Source of the DNA: Gammaproteobacteria bacterium
GTDB lineage: Bacteria > Pseudomonadota > Gammaproteobacteria > UBA4575
Length of the DNA stretch: 64,000 nt
Direction: 5' to 3'
Assembly (NCBI GenBank): GCA_965221955.1
Contig: CBDCTA010000018.1
Location: 64,001 to 128,000 of the forward strand
The first letter of the stretch is position 1. Every line of letters starts with the position of its first letter. This document shows positions 49,887 to 60,605 of this stretch, piece by piece. Below the pieces are notes generated by a model. That model saw only the letters and a program-made list of their open reading frames with translations. It ran no database searches and was not told the DNA's origin. The position numbers were made by a program, and so were the translations under genes.

Positions 49887-50894
49887 ATGAAAGTAGTAGT
49901 TACAGGTTCAGCAGGTTTTATAGGCTCAGCTGTTTCGCTTTATTTACTTAATCGTGGCGATGAAGTATTAGGCATCGATAATCTTAATGATTATTATGAT
50001 GTGAATTTAAAACTTGGTAGATTAGAAAGAACAAAAACATATGATCAATTCACAGAAGCTCGTATTAATCTTGAAGACAAAGATGCAGTTTTCTCTGCAA
50101 TAGATAAATTTGAGCCACAACGTGTTATCAACTTAGCTGCACAAGCGGGTGTTCGCTACTCAATAGAAAATCCTTCAGCTTACGTCGACACCAACCTAGT
50201 AGGTTTTTGCAATATCTTAGAAGCTTGTCGACATCATGATGTTGAACATTTGGTGTATGCATCCAGCAGTTCAGTGTATGGCGCGAACACTAAAATGCCT
50301 TTTTCAGTACATCAAAATGTAGACCACCCATTAAGTTTGTATGCCGCAACAAAAAAAGCCAACGAACTTATGGCGCATGTATATAGTAATTTATACGGCT
50401 TACATACAACTGGCTTACGCTTTTTTACCGTGTATGGTCCTTGGGGACGACCTGATATGGCACTATTTTTATTTACTAAAAGTATTCTCGCAGGTGAGCC
50501 GATTAACGTATTCAACTATGGCAATCACCGTCGAGACTTCACTTATATTGATGACATCGTGGAAGGTGTGATCCGCACTTTAGATCACTTACCGGAAAAA
50601 AATGAAGCATGGGATAGCGATGACCCAGATAGCGCAAGTAGTTTTGCTCCGTATCGCCTTTATAATATTGGCAATAATGCGCCTGTAGAACTAAGCCATT
50701 ACATAGAAGTTTTGGAAGATTGCCTTGGCAAAAAAGCAGAGCGTAATTTGCTGCCATTACAACCCGGCGATGTTCCCGACACCTATGCTGATGTCGAAGC
50801 ATTGGTACAAGATGTTGATTACAAACCAAATACTTCCGTAGAAGTCGGCATTAGAAACTTTGTTGACTGGTATCGACAATTTTACAAAGTCTAA
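49887..50894 (+). CDS. UDP-glucuronate (or GlcNAcA) 4-epimerase, CapI/Uge-like
   Basis: [47 protein letters not shown]. Confidence 0.9.
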   Translation: MKVVVTGSAGFIGSAVSLYLLNRGDEVLGIDNLNDYYDVNLKLGRLERTKTYDQFTEARINLEDKDAVFSAIDKFEPQRVINLAAQAGVRYSIENPSAYVDTNLVGFCNILEACRHHDVEHLVYASSSSVYGANTKMPFSVHQNVDHPLSLYAATKKANELMAHVYSNLYGLHTTGLRFFTVYGPWGRPDMALFLFTKSILAGEPINVFNYGNHRRDFTYIDDIVEGVIRTLDHLPEKNEAWDSDDPDSASSFAPYRLYNIGNNAPVELSHYIEVLEDCLGKKAERNLLPLQPGDVPDTYADVEALVQDVDYKPNTSVEVGIRNFVDWYRQFYKV

Positions 50895-50993
50895 ATCGTC
50901 AAATTTAAGCCACTTTTAACCGTTACAGATAAGACAATCCTGCCCTTATCCTTGAATATAAACATAGGCTTAGGTATCCTTCCCTTACAAATT

Positions 50994-51011
50994 TTACTGT
51001 ATTTACAGTAA
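50994..51011. promoter_or_regulatory. Palindrome upstream of small ORF, candidate operator
   Basis: TTACTGTA-tt-TACAGTAA perfect 8-2-8 inverted repeat. Confidence 0.3.
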
Positions 51012-51086
51012 CTATTTGATTGCATTTAATATTTAGTAAATTTATGGTTGGGCAGTTTGCTAGCAGACGTGAGGAGTGCTTAATCT

Positions 51087-51326
51087 ATGCAATTGGTAAA
51101 TATCCTACTTACAATTGGCCTGATCGTACTCGTTTCAGGTATCACTGTTCTATCGTTATGCGCAGTCATTGCATCCTCTAGAGCTCACCAAAACCCAACA
51201 AGCAACCAAAATCATTCTGGCCCTGAGCGCAGGAAAAACACTGCCTGTAATTTCCCAGTCACTTGCTCAGATGGAACCACCGTATATTTTGACCGTAGAT
51301 TACAAACTGATAGACGCTTTGCCTAA
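51087..51326 (+). CDS. Small membrane-anchored hypothetical protein with GPERR/DRR motifs
   Basis: GAGGAG RBS at 51071-51076, ATG start, N-terminal hydrophobic helix, fills the gap up to the serC stop. Confidence 0.65.
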   Translation: MQLVNILLTIGLIVLVSGITVLSLCAVIASSRAHQNPTSNQNHSGPERRKNTACNFPVTCSDGTTVYFDRRLQTDRRFA

Positions 51327-51327
51327 A

Positions 51328-52425
51328 TTACGATCCGTGACTTGACTCAAAGTCCTCTAAAAACTCAATTAACTTTTTAACACCCTGTGGCTGTATCGCG
51401 TTATACAGACTCACACGTATACCACCAACGCTTTTATGCCCCCGTAAACCAAGTAAGTTATTTTTTTCCGCTTGTTGTAAAAAAATTTTCTGCACTTGTT
51501 TGTCATCTATTGTAAACGGAATGTTTATATTCGAGCGAAACAACTCGTCAACATGATTCTTATATAACCCACTATTATCGATCAGACTATAAATCTCATC
51601 CGCACAAAGTTTCCTGCACTTATTAAGCTCATCAACACCTCCTTGAGCTTTCAACCATTTCAACATTAACCTTAAAACATAAATAGCAAAAATGGGTGGA
51701 GTATTTGTTAATGATTTATTCTCAAAGCAACGTCTATAATCGAATACTCTCGGCACATTGCAATGTACTTTACTTAGCAAATCCTTTTTTATAATCATTA
51801 CACATAGTCCTGCAATACCTAAGTTTTTCTGTGCGCTGGCATAAATCAAGTCATAATCTTTTACGTCTATATCCCGCGTTAAAATAGATGAGGTCATATC
51901 ACAAAAGATTGACCCACATTCCAAATGAATGCTTTTCTGAAACGCTACACCATTAATCGTTTCGTTATCACAGTAGTGCAAATAACTTGCATCTGAGCAT
52001 AAGTGCCATTGTTCAGCAGGTTTAATTGAAATTTTTTCATTTTTCTCAAGCGCCTGGATTACGTTTACATTTGTATATTTCTTGGCTTCCTCAGCAGCTT
52101 TATTCGACCAATGTCCAGTACAAATGTAATTCGCAGTATCTTTTTTATCTATAAAATTTAATGGCAACATTGAATATTGAGCTGTCGCTCCACCGTGCAA
52201 AAACAATATTGCATAGTCTGCAGGTATACACATTAACTCTCGCAACAAGCATTCGGCATCAGTTAATAATTCAACAAAAATCTCACTGCGATGGGAAAGC
52301 TCAAGAATAGATAAACCGCTGCCACAAAAATCAAGCAACTCTTCTTGTATAGTTGTCAATACTTCACGCGGTAGCACTGCAGGGCCCGCACCAAAATAAT
52401 AAGTTTGTTGGGTATTAGTGGACAT
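51328..52425 (-). CDS. serC: Phosphoserine aminotransferase
   Basis: AGPAVLP, LSHRS, GGATAQY, NETING, AQKNLG PLP-lysine, NTPP, GHKSVGGIRVSLYNA; follows gyrA. Confidence 0.95.
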   Translation of the reverse strand: MSTNTQQTYYFGAGPAVLPREVLTTIQEELLDFCGSGLSILELSHRSEIFVELLTDAECLLRELMCIPADYAILFLHGGATAQYSMLPLNFIDKKDTANYICTGHWSNKAAEEAKKYTNVNVIQALEKNEKISIKPAEQWHLCSDASYLHYCDNETINGVAFQKSIHLECGSIFCDMTSSILTRDIDVKDYDLIYASAQKNLGIAGLCVMIIKKDLLSKVHCNVPRVFDYRRCFENKSLTNTPPIFAIYVLRLMLKWLKAQGGVDELNKCRKLCADEIYSLIDNSGLYKNHVDELFRSNINIPFTIDDKQVQKIFLQQAEKNNLLGLRGHKSVGGIRVSLYNAIQPQGVKKLIEFLEDFESSHGS

Positions 52426-52524
52426 AATACGAAACTAAAAACAGAAAAGTTTAGTACAGGAAGCTAAACAAGAATACTAAAAAAAACTAAGAGAGCTTAT
52501 TCGTTTCCAGTGTCGGATTTACCT

Positions 52525-55095
52525 TTAGGCTTCTTCTTGTGCTTCTTCTTGGGAAAGATTTTCGATACGCTCCACTTCTACCAAGCGCTCATCTTCAGAA
52601 AGACGTATTAATCTTACACCTTGAGTATTGCGCCCCATTCGCGACACGTCTTTAACCGGAGTTCTTACTAAGGTGCCACTATCGGTAATCAGCATGATTT
52701 CGTCATCATCCGATACCGCAACTGCACCCACAACATCACCATTACGACCCGAAGTTTGAATTGCAATTACACCTTGTCCGCCACGCTTTTGCACAGGGTA
52801 CTCGCTCATATCCGTGCGTTTACCGTAGCCATTTTCCGTTGCCACTAGAACATCTGTTGAAGTCATATTTTCTTTAATCGTGATTAAGGAAACCACTTGT
52901 TGGTCTTCGCCCAACTTTATGCCACGGACTCCAGTTGCATTGCGCCCCATCGCACGCACATCATCTTCAGTAAACCGAATTGATTTGCCCGCACTGCTTA
53001 CTAACAATAAATCCGTATTGCCATCCGTTATCGCAACATCGATCAGTCGATCATTCTCGCGTAAATCAACTGCCAAAATACCGCTAGCACGTGGTCGTGA
53101 AAATTCGGTTAATTTAGTTTTCTTCACTGTGCCGCTGCTTGCTACCATTACCACATATGCATCTTCACGATATTCTTTTACCGGCAACACAACATTGATA
53201 CGCTCATCTTCTTGCAATGGCAGTAGATTAACGATTGGTTTACCACGCGCGGTACGCCCCGCTTGTGGTAAGGCATACACTTTCAACCAATATACTTTGC
53301 CACGACTCGAAAAGCACAAAATCGTATCATGTGTGTTGGCAACAAATAATTGATCAACAAAATCTTCAGCCTTGACTGAAGTAGCTGCTTTCCCACGTCC
53401 TCCACGTCGTTGTGCACGATAGGTATCGAGTGGTTGTGACTTGGCATAACCTGCATGCGACAATGTGACGACAACATTTTCCTCGGGAATCAAGTCTTCC
53501 ATAGTAAGATCGGCTTGTGCATCGGTGATCTCAGTACGACGTTTGTCGCCATAATGATCACGAATTTCTTCTAACTCTTCGCGAATCACTGCCAATAAAC
53601 GCTCAGGGTCTTGCAGAATCTCCAACAAGTCGATGATCTTTTCTAATAAATCGCTATAGTCACTGACAATTTTGTCTTGTTCTAAACCCGTTAAGCGATG
53701 TAAACGTAAGTCCAAGATCGCTTGAGCCTGGGTCGGTGAAAGATGATATTCACCTTTATGCATTCCATATTTAGGATCTAGATCTTCAGGTTTTGATGCA
53801 TCTGCACCGGCGCGGTCCAACATTTTGATCACTACGCCTGGCTTCCAAGATTTAGCTACTAGTTTTTCTTTCGCGACCGCAGGGCTTTCCGATTTTTTTA
53901 TCAGTGCGATAATTTCATCAATATTCGTTAATGCGACCGCTTGCCCTTCTAATATATGTGCACGTTCACGTGCTTTACGTAATTCAAAAATTGTGCGACG
54001 AGTAACTACATCACGGCGATGGCGAATAAACGCCTGCAAAATTTGTTTTAAATTTAATAAACGTGGTTGACCATCAACTAATGCCACCATGTTAATGCCG
54101 AACACACTCTGCATTGCAGTGTGCTTATATAAATTATTTAAAATAACTTCACTGACCTCACCACGACGTAGCTCTACTACAATACGCATACCGTCTTTGT
54201 CTGATTCATCACGCAAGCCATCAGCTGCAATGCCTTCAAGACGCTTTTCTTTAACCAAATCTGCGATTTTGATAATCAAGTTTGCTTTGTTTACTTGATA
54301 CGGCAACTCAGTGACTACAATTCGCTCGCGGCCACTTTTTTCATCTTGCTCAATATGCGTGCGTGCGCGCATATGTACACGACCTCGGCCTGTGCGATAC
54401 GCTTCTACAATCCCAGCTCGGCCATTAATCAATGCAGCTGTAGGAAAATCTGGACCAGGCAAATGCTGCATTAATTCTTTGTAATCCGCTTCTGGGTTTT
54501 GAATCAGCGCAATACTGGCATCAATCACCTCAGTCAAATTATGTGGTGGGATATTGGTTGCCATCCCCACAGCAATCCCGGATGAACCATTGACTAATAA
54601 ATTAGGAATGCGAGTCGGAAAAACCGAAGGTTCAGTTTCTTCGTCGTTGTAGTTAGGAACAAAATCAACTGTATCTTTTTCAAGATCTGCAACAATTTCA
54701 TGCGCAATTTTAGCCATGCGTATCTCGGTATAACGCATTGCAGCGGGCGCATCGCCATCAACGGAACCAAAGTTACCTTGACCGTCCACCAACATATAAC
54801 GCATCGAAAAAGGTTGCGCCATACGCACAATCGTGTCGTAGACGGCGGTATCGCCATGTGGGTGATATTTACCAATCACATCCCCAACTACACGTGCAGA
54901 TTTTTTATAGGGTTTATTCCAGTCATTTCCCAACTCATTCATAGCATACAAAACACGACGATGAACTGGTTTTAATCCATCTCGAACGTCAGGCAAAGCA
55001 CGGCCAACGATCACGCTCATAGCGTAATCGAGGTACGATTGACGCATCTCATCTTCGAGATTTACTGGGAGTATTTCTTTGGCGATTGCAGCCAT
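52525..55095 (-). CDS. gyrA: DNA gyrase subunit A
   Basis: [30 protein letters not shown] catalytic Tyr, GyrA-box QRRGGRG. Confidence 0.99.
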   Translation of the reverse strand: MAAIAKEILPVNLEDEMRQSYLDYAMSVIVGRALPDVRDGLKPVHRRVLYAMNELGNDWNKPYKKSARVVGDVIGKYHPHGDTAVYDTIVRMAQPFSMRYMLVDGQGNFGSVDGDAPAAMRYTEIRMAKIAHEIVADLEKDTVDFVPNYNDEETEPSVFPTRIPNLLVNGSSGIAVGMATNIPPHNLTEVIDASIALIQNPEADYKELMQHLPGPDFPTAALINGRAGIVEAYRTGRGRVHMRARTHIEQDEKSGRERIVVTELPYQVNKANLIIKIADLVKEKRLEGIAADGLRDESDKDGMRIVVELRRGEVSEVILNNLYKHTAMQSVFGINMVALVDGQPRLLNLKQILQAFIRHRRDVVTRRTIFELRKARERAHILEGQAVALTNIDEIIALIKKSESPAVAKEKLVAKSWKPGVVIKMLDRAGADASKPEDLDPKYGMHKGEYHLSPTQAQAILDLRLHRLTGLEQDKIVSDYSDLLEKIIDLLEILQDPERLLAVIREELEEIRDHYGDKRRTEITDAQADLTMEDLIPEENVVVTLSHAGYAKSQPLDTYRAQRRGGRGKAATSVKAEDFVDQLFVANTHDTILCFSSRGKVYWLKVYALPQAGRTARGKPIVNLLPLQEDERINVVLPVKEYREDAYVVMVASSGTVKKTKLTEFSRPRASGILAVDLRENDRLIDVAITDGNTDLLLVSSAGKSIRFTEDDVRAMGRNATGVRGIKLGEDQQVVSLITIKENMTSTDVLVATENGYGKRTDMSEYPVQKRGGQGVIAIQTSGRNGDVVGAVAVSDDDEIMLITDSGTLVRTPVKDVSRMGRNTQGVRLIRLSEDERLVEVERIENLSQEEAQEEA

Positions 55096-55304
55096 CTAAA
55101 TGCTAGCTTTATGTGTTTCAGGTGTAACTTTTTAGGTGAACTTATATTCGTTCTAATGCGCTAAATTATAACATAAGTCCAGGAGAGTGGGTCGGAACAA
55201 AAGGCAATATAAACGTATCTGACAGCTTTAAAAATCGATTTGATGATTATTGAATCCCTATTTTTATGGTTGGCCGAGTTAAAAAAGCACAAAATATGGC
55301 CAAA

Positions 55305-56348
55305 TCACTCGCTTTTCATTAACGCTTCAATTTTGCTGCGATTCGGTGCTTCCACCACACCTTTTTCAGTCACCAAAGCGGTAACTAATTCAGCTGGCGT
55401 AACATCGAAGACGGGGTTCCACACCTGTGCATTTTCTGGACTAATTGACTGATCTTGGATCAAGGTGATTTCACTTTGTGACCGCTCTTCAATTTCAATT
55501 TCATCTCCACAGTTCACCTGCATATCAATCGTACTAGTTGGAGCTGCCACCATAAATTTCACATTATGCTGACGTGCCATAACCGCCAAAGAATAGGTAC
55601 CAATTTTATTTGCTACATCCCCATTACTGGCTACACGATCTGCACCGACGATCACCCAAGCCAACTGTTTTTGGCGCATTAAACTTGCCGCTGCACTATC
55701 GCAAATTAAGGTAACCGGAATATTGTCTTGCAGTAATTCCCACGCAGTGAGTCTCGTACCTTGAAACCATGGACGTGTTTCATCTGCATAAACGGCTTTA
55801 ATTTTATTTTGCGCGAAGGCACTGCGTATCACACCCAATGCCGTGCCATAACCACCCGTAGCCAATGCACCTGCATTACAATGAGTTAGCACAGTCGATT
55901 TTTGCTTGAGCAGATCTGCACCAAAATCACCTAATGACTTATTTGCTTGAATATCTTCTTGATGAATGCGTTTTGCAGCAAAAAGCAAAACTGGTTCCGG
56001 ATCTTTGCTCTTTAGTTTCACAATTTCATTTCGCATGCAGTCTATCGCCCAACGTAAATTCACAGCAGTGGGTCTTGCCAGCGACAGCTCTGACAGATCT
56101 TGCTCAATCGCTTGCTGCCAATTCGCTGCTGATTCTTGATATCTTGTTCGTGCTGCCAATACCGCACCAAAAGCAGCTGTTACACCAATTGCTGGGGCAC
56201 CCCGCACCACCATATCCTTAATAGCTTGTGAAACATCCTGCAAAGTATGGCAGTGTATATACTCCACCTTTTGAGGTAACAGGCGCTGATCCAGCAAAAT
56301 TAAATGATCATCTCGCCATGCGATGGCTTGATCTGCTAATGATTTCAT
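55305..56348 (-). CDS. mtnA: S-methyl-5-thioribose-1-phosphate isomerase
   Basis: LDQRLLP, MVVRGAPAIG, RPTAVNL, THCNAGALAT, ETRP, NKIGTY, NPVFDVTP; ATG 56348 preferred. Confidence 0.95.
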   Translation of the reverse strand: MKSLADQAIAWRDDHLILLDQRLLPQKVEYIHCHTLQDVSQAIKDMVVRGAPAIGVTAAFGAVLAARTRYQESAANWQQAIEQDLSELSLARPTAVNLRWAIDCMRNEIVKLKSKDPEPVLLFAAKRIHQEDIQANKSLGDFGADLLKQKSTVLTHCNAGALATGGYGTALGVIRSAFAQNKIKAVYADETRPWFQGTRLTAWELLQDNIPVTLICDSAAASLMRQKQLAWVIVGADRVASNGDVANKIGTYSLAVMARQHNVKFMVAAPTSTIDMQVNCGDEIEIEERSQSEITLIQDQSISPENAQVWNPVFDVTPAELVTALVTEKGVVEAPNRSKIEALMKSE

Positions 56349-56494
56349 TTTAGTTAAACCAACTGTTTTATTTTGCACAGATTATGCACGTCATGGTGCA
56401 TCTTGAATATCAAAATTAATACTACAATAGTTGCTTTAAATAGGTTGCTTATCAACAATCTGCTAAAGTCAGCATTAAAATTTAAATAAGCTAT

Positions 56495-57817
56495 ATGCAA
56501 CAAATTCAAACTCTGATGCATTGCAGCACGTTGATTCCGGTGAATGAAACTGCTGCTGAAAATGAGCGTGTGCTATTGGAACATAGCATTGCCATTCAAG
56601 ATGGACGCATTCTAGATATTTTGCCTACTGCGAAAGCCAAGCAGAAATATTCAAGCGCTTCCACATTTAACTATGACCATCATATTGCTCTACCTGGATT
56701 AATTAACACACATACGCATGCTGCGATGACCTTGTTCCGCGGTTTAGCAAATGATTTACCACTAATGGAATGGTTAGAAAACCATATTTGGCCTGCTGAA
56801 CAGAAATGGGTGAATGAAGAGTTCGTACAACTCGGTACACAACTAGCCATGGCAGAAATGTTGCGAGGCGGCGTGACATGTTTTAACGATATGTATTTTT
56901 ATGCCGAGGATTCTGCTCATGAAGCTACCAAGTCTGGCATGCGAGCATACATAGGTATGATCTTGTTAGACTTCCCCACACAATATGCCAAAGATGCTGA
57001 CGAATATTTTTCAAAAGGATTAGCCTTACACGATCAATACAAAACTCACCCTCTTGTTAAATGCACCTTCGCTCCTCATGCGCCTTATACTGTATCTAAC
57101 CCTCCGCTAGAGCGTGTTGCCATGTTAGCCAATGAATTAGAACTTCCTGTTCACATTCATTTGCATGAAACGCGTGATGAGATTGCACAAAGTCTGGAAC
57201 AGTACAACGTGCGACCCATCCAACGCCTACTTGATCTTGGGCTACTCAATAACAATTTAATAGCAGTACACATGACTCACCTCGAAGATGATGAAATTGA
57301 TTTACTTGCTGAAACCAATGTCAATGTTGTGCATTGCCCACAATCTAATTTAAAACTTGCAAGTGGATTTTGCCCGGTACAAAAACTTAGAGACAAGAAT
57401 ATTAATATCACTATTGGTACAGACAGTTGTGCCAGTAACGATGACTTGGATATTTTCGATGAAATGCATAGCGCAGCATTGTTGGCTAAAGGCGTAGCAA
57501 ATAATGCTGCAGCTTTCCCAGCTTATGAAGCACTGCGAAGTACTACTATCAATGCAGCAACTGCCTTAGGCATAGGCCAAGAAGTAGGTTCTTTAGAAAT
57601 TGGCAAATCTGCCGACCTTTGTATTGTTGATATCGACATGCTGGAAGCACAACCCATGTACGATCCGATTGGGCACCTGGTGTATGCTACGCAACGCAAT
57701 CAAGTTTCTGATGTTTGGGTAGCAGGTAAACAGCTATTAAGTAATCGTGAGTTATTAACGCTTGATCAAAACGAAATTGTTGCTAGAACTAAGCAATGGC
57801 ACAAGAACATTAATTAA
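56495..57817 (+). CDS. mtaD: 5-methylthioadenosine/S-adenosylhomocysteine deaminase (TRZ/ATZ amidohydrolase)
   Basis: PGLINTHTH, PHAPYT, HIHLHET, HCPQSNLKLASG, GTDSCASN; conserved mtnA-mtaD-ubiG context. Confidence 0.85.
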   Translation: MQQIQTLMHCSTLIPVNETAAENERVLLEHSIAIQDGRILDILPTAKAKQKYSSASTFNYDHHIALPGLINTHTHAAMTLFRGLANDLPLMEWLENHIWPAEQKWVNEEFVQLGTQLAMAEMLRGGVTCFNDMYFYAEDSAHEATKSGMRAYIGMILLDFPTQYAKDADEYFSKGLALHDQYKTHPLVKCTFAPHAPYTVSNPPLERVAMLANELELPVHIHLHETRDEIAQSLEQYNVRPIQRLLDLGLLNNNLIAVHMTHLEDDEIDLLAETNVNVVHCPQSNLKLASGFCPVQKLRDKNINITIGTDSCASNDDLDIFDEMHSAALLAKGVANNAAAFPAYEALRSTTINAATALGIGQEVGSLEIGKSADLCIVDIDMLEAQPMYDPIGHLVYATQRNQVSDVWVAGKQLLSNRELLTLDQNEIVARTKQWHKNIN

Positions 57818-57826
57818 CCATTCGTA

Positions 57827-58558
57827 ATGCCCGGTCTAAAAGAAAAACACAGTCCAAATGTGGACGAACAGGAATTAGCAAAGTTTGAAGCCCTCGCTTA
57901 CCGCTGGTGGGATACTGAAAGTGAATTTAAGCCTCTACATGACATCAATCCACTGCGACTCAATTTCATTGATGAACGCACAAGCTTAAAAGGGAAAAAA
58001 ATATTAGATATAGGATGTGGAGGTGGCATCTTATCTGAATCTATGGCGCAACGTGGTGGTGCTGTTAAAGGCATTGATTTAGGCGAAACACCGCTTGCGG
58101 TAGCAAAAATTCATGCTAAAGAACAAAGTACAAACTCTAAATTAGATCTTGAATATCAAGCAATTTCAGCAGAAGACATCGCGCAAATAGAACCGCAATC
58201 TTATGATGTGGTTACATGTATGGAAATGCTAGAACATGTTCCCGATCCAGCAGCAATTGTTCAAGCTTGTGCCGATTTAGTAAAACCAAACGGGCATGTG
58301 TTTTTTTCTACTATCAATCGCAATCCTAAATCATTTTTATTTGCCATTGTTGGCGCTGAATATATATTAAATCTATTGCCCAAAGGCACTCATGATTATG
58401 AAAAACTTATTCGTCCATCTGAGCTTGATCGCTGGATACGCCAAGCAAACTTACACACCAACGAAATAATTGGCATGACTTATAATCCACTACTTAAAAC
58501 GTATAAGTTATCTTCTGATACGAGCGTAAACTATATTGTGTACGCACAAAAAAGCTGA
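57827..58558 (+). CDS. ubiG: Ubiquinone biosynthesis O-methyltransferase
   Basis: [54 protein letters not shown]. Confidence 0.97.
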   Translation: MPGLKEKHSPNVDEQELAKFEALAYRWWDTESEFKPLHDINPLRLNFIDERTSLKGKKILDIGCGGGILSESMAQRGGAVKGIDLGETPLAVAKIHAKEQSTNSKLDLEYQAISAEDIAQIEPQSYDVVTCMEMLEHVPDPAAIVQACADLVKPNGHVFFSTINRNPKSFLFAIVGAEYILNLLPKGTHDYEKLIRPSELDRWIRQANLHTNEIIGMTYNPLLKTYKLSSDTSVNYIVYAQKS

Positions 58559-58572
58559 TTTATAAAAAATTA

Positions 58573-59247
58573 ATGCCTACCAACGCACGCGTTCAAGCAG
58601 TACTTTTTGATTTAGACGGCACACTAGCCGACACTTCTCCTGACATGACGGATGCGCTCAATTTATTATTAACAAAATACAATAGACCCACACTTGAATA
58701 TGAGTTTGTACGCAACCACACATCTCGCGGTAGTATCGCAATGATTCAACTCGGTTTTGAAGAAAAATTAGGAGAAGAACATAGCATTCAACTGCGTGAT
58801 GAGTTTTTGCAACTCTATGCAGAGAATTTATGCAACCACACAAAACTCTTTCCTGGAGTAGACGAATTATTAGATTCCCTAGAAGAAAATGAAATTCCAT
58901 GGGGAATTGTTACCAACAAGCCTGGGGCATTAGCTGAACCCTTAGTACAGGAATTAGGTATTGCTTTCAGAGCTGTTTGCATGGTCAGCGGTGATTCCTT
59001 ATCGCGCAGAAAACCTGATCCCGACCAACTTCACCATGCCGCAAACATGCTCGGTATTAATGAACCTCATACGGTGTATATGGGCGACGACCCTAGGGAT
59101 GTGCAAGCCGGTAAAGCCGCGGGTATGCGTACCGCTGTAGCCGCATATGGATACATCCAAGACGACCAAAATCCACAACATTGGGATGCAGATATTGTGC
59201 TTGAGCATGCCTTGCACCTTAAGGATTGGCTTTTTAGCAACAGCTGA
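58573..59247 (+). CDS. HAD phosphatase, Gph/MupP (MurNAc-6-phosphate phosphatase)-like
   Basis: FDLDGTLAD, VTNKP, KPDP, YMGDDPRD; directly after ubiG. Confidence 0.85.
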   Translation: MPTNARVQAVLFDLDGTLADTSPDMTDALNLLLTKYNRPTLEYEFVRNHTSRGSIAMIQLGFEEKLGEEHSIQLRDEFLQLYAENLCNHTKLFPGVDELLDSLEENEIPWGIVTNKPGALAEPLVQELGIAFRAVCMVSGDSLSRRKPDPDQLHHAANMLGINEPHTVYMGDDPRDVQAGKAAGMRTAVAAYGYIQDDQNPQHWDADIVLEHALHLKDWLFSNS

Positions 59248-59261
59248 TCGACAATATCTAC

Positions 59262-60530
59262 ATGATTAGTGTAGAACTTCAAGACACCTGGCAATTTGTC
59301 CTGTTATGCGCAAGCTTGTGCTTACTGAGTGCTGCATTGGGCGCGCTCATTATGCGCAGTCGTGCACGCAGAGAGAACGAAAAACTTGAGACCATATCAC
59401 AACAATTGTCTATGCAGTTACAGTTAGAAAAGGAACGCTATCTTGAAAAGATCGAAACGATTGAAGAATCTCGCAAACAACTGGAAAATTCTTTTTCTGT
59501 ACTTTCACAACAAGCATTACAACTTAATAATGAAAATTTTCTAGCTCTGGCAAAAGAAAAGCTTACACAGTTTCAAATTCAGGCTGAAGCTAACCTCGAT
59601 AAAAAAGAAAAATCTATTGAAACCTTATTAAAACCAATTCAATCCGCTCTTAAACAAACTGAAGAACAGATTCAATCTATTGAAAAAGATCGTAAAGAAT
59701 CTTTTGGCTCGCTTTCACAACATTTGAAAATCATTAACGAAACCCAATCAGATCTACGCTTAGAAACTCAAAACTTAGTCCAAGCATTACGCAGACCTGA
59801 AGTACGTGGACAATGGGGTGAGCTCACTCTGAAGCGCATCGCTGAATTAGCAGGCATGGTAGATCACTGTGATTTTTACGAGCAACAACAAAGTGAAGCG
59901 AATGATTCCCGTATGCGCCCAGATATGATTGTGCGCATGCCTGATCAAAGAGAACTTATTATCGATGCAAAAACGCCATTAGATGCTTATTTAAATGCAA
60001 CTCAAGCAAGTGATGAAAATACACGTGAGAATTCATTAGTTAGACATGCCCGAAATGTACGCGAGCGTATGCGTGAACTTTCCAGCAAATCATATTGGAG
60101 CCAATTTAAGCATTCTCCAGACTTTGTAGTATTGTTCATTCCAGGCGAACAATTTCTATCTGCAGCGTTAGAACAAGACCCTCAATTACTAGAAGATGCT
60201 TTAAAAAATAAAGTTATACTTGCAACTCCTACTAGCATTATCGCATTACTTCGAGCGGTCGCGTTTGGTTGGCGCCAAATCGCAGTTGCTGAAAATGCTG
60301 AAAAAATTCGTGAACTTGGCGAAGATCTATATCATCGCCTAGCCACTTTTGCCGAGCATTTACAAAAGCTTGGTAAAAATCTGGATTCAAGCGTGGAGCA
60401 ATATAATAAAGCCATGGGTTCATTGGATCGCCAGGTATTAAGTGGGGCTAGAAAATTCACAGAACTTGGAATCGAGAAAAAGAAACCAATTCCTGAATTA
60501 AGAATTGTTGAAAATACACCAAAGACATAA
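59262..60530 (+). CDS. rmuC: DNA recombination protein RmuC
   Basis: N-terminal TM and coiled coil; RGQWGE, RPDMIV, IDAK, PDFVVLFIPGE, ATPTS. Confidence 0.93.
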   Translation: MISVELQDTWQFVLLCASLCLLSAALGALIMRSRARRENEKLETISQQLSMQLQLEKERYLEKIETIEESRKQLENSFSVLSQQALQLNNENFLALAKEKLTQFQIQAEANLDKKEKSIETLLKPIQSALKQTEEQIQSIEKDRKESFGSLSQHLKIINETQSDLRLETQNLVQALRRPEVRGQWGELTLKRIAELAGMVDHCDFYEQQQSEANDSRMRPDMIVRMPDQRELIIDAKTPLDAYLNATQASDENTRENSLVRHARNVRERMRELSSKSYWSQFKHSPDFVVLFIPGEQFLSAALEQDPQLLEDALKNKVILATPTSIIALLRAVAFGWRQIAVAENAEKIRELGEDLYHRLATFAEHLQKLGKNLDSSVEQYNKAMGSLDRQVLSGARKFTELGIEKKKPIPELRIVENTPKT

Positions 60531-60605
60531 AAATACTTCCTCAACCATTTGCAAGGACTGCATGATTCTTCCTCATCGGGAAATCTATTTCTCAAAGACA
60601 CTTTA

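Larger units (their letters stand above)
1..50894. other. Exosortase A (PEP-CTERM system)-associated Wzx/Wzy exopolysaccharide biosynthesis locus, extends beyond left edge
   Basis: Co-located priming sugar transferase, exosortase, TPR lipoprotein, Wza-like, chain-length protein, BY-kinase homologue, OM beta-barrel, Wzy, Wzx, about 10 GTs and nucleotide-sugar enzymes. Confidence 0.92.

Noticed and set aside
50997-51008. LexA/SOS box
   Set aside because: CTGT-N4-ACAG spacing does not match CTGT-N8-ACAG.
51050-51065. Sigma-54 promoter GG-N10-GC upstream of the small ORF
   Set aside because: Poor match to TGGCAC/TTGC, and the implied transcription start would fall within the RBS.
52880-54975. 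Several 64-157 aa ORFs inside gyrA
   Set aside because: Shadow or alternative-frame ORFs of a highly conserved gene; no independent evidence.
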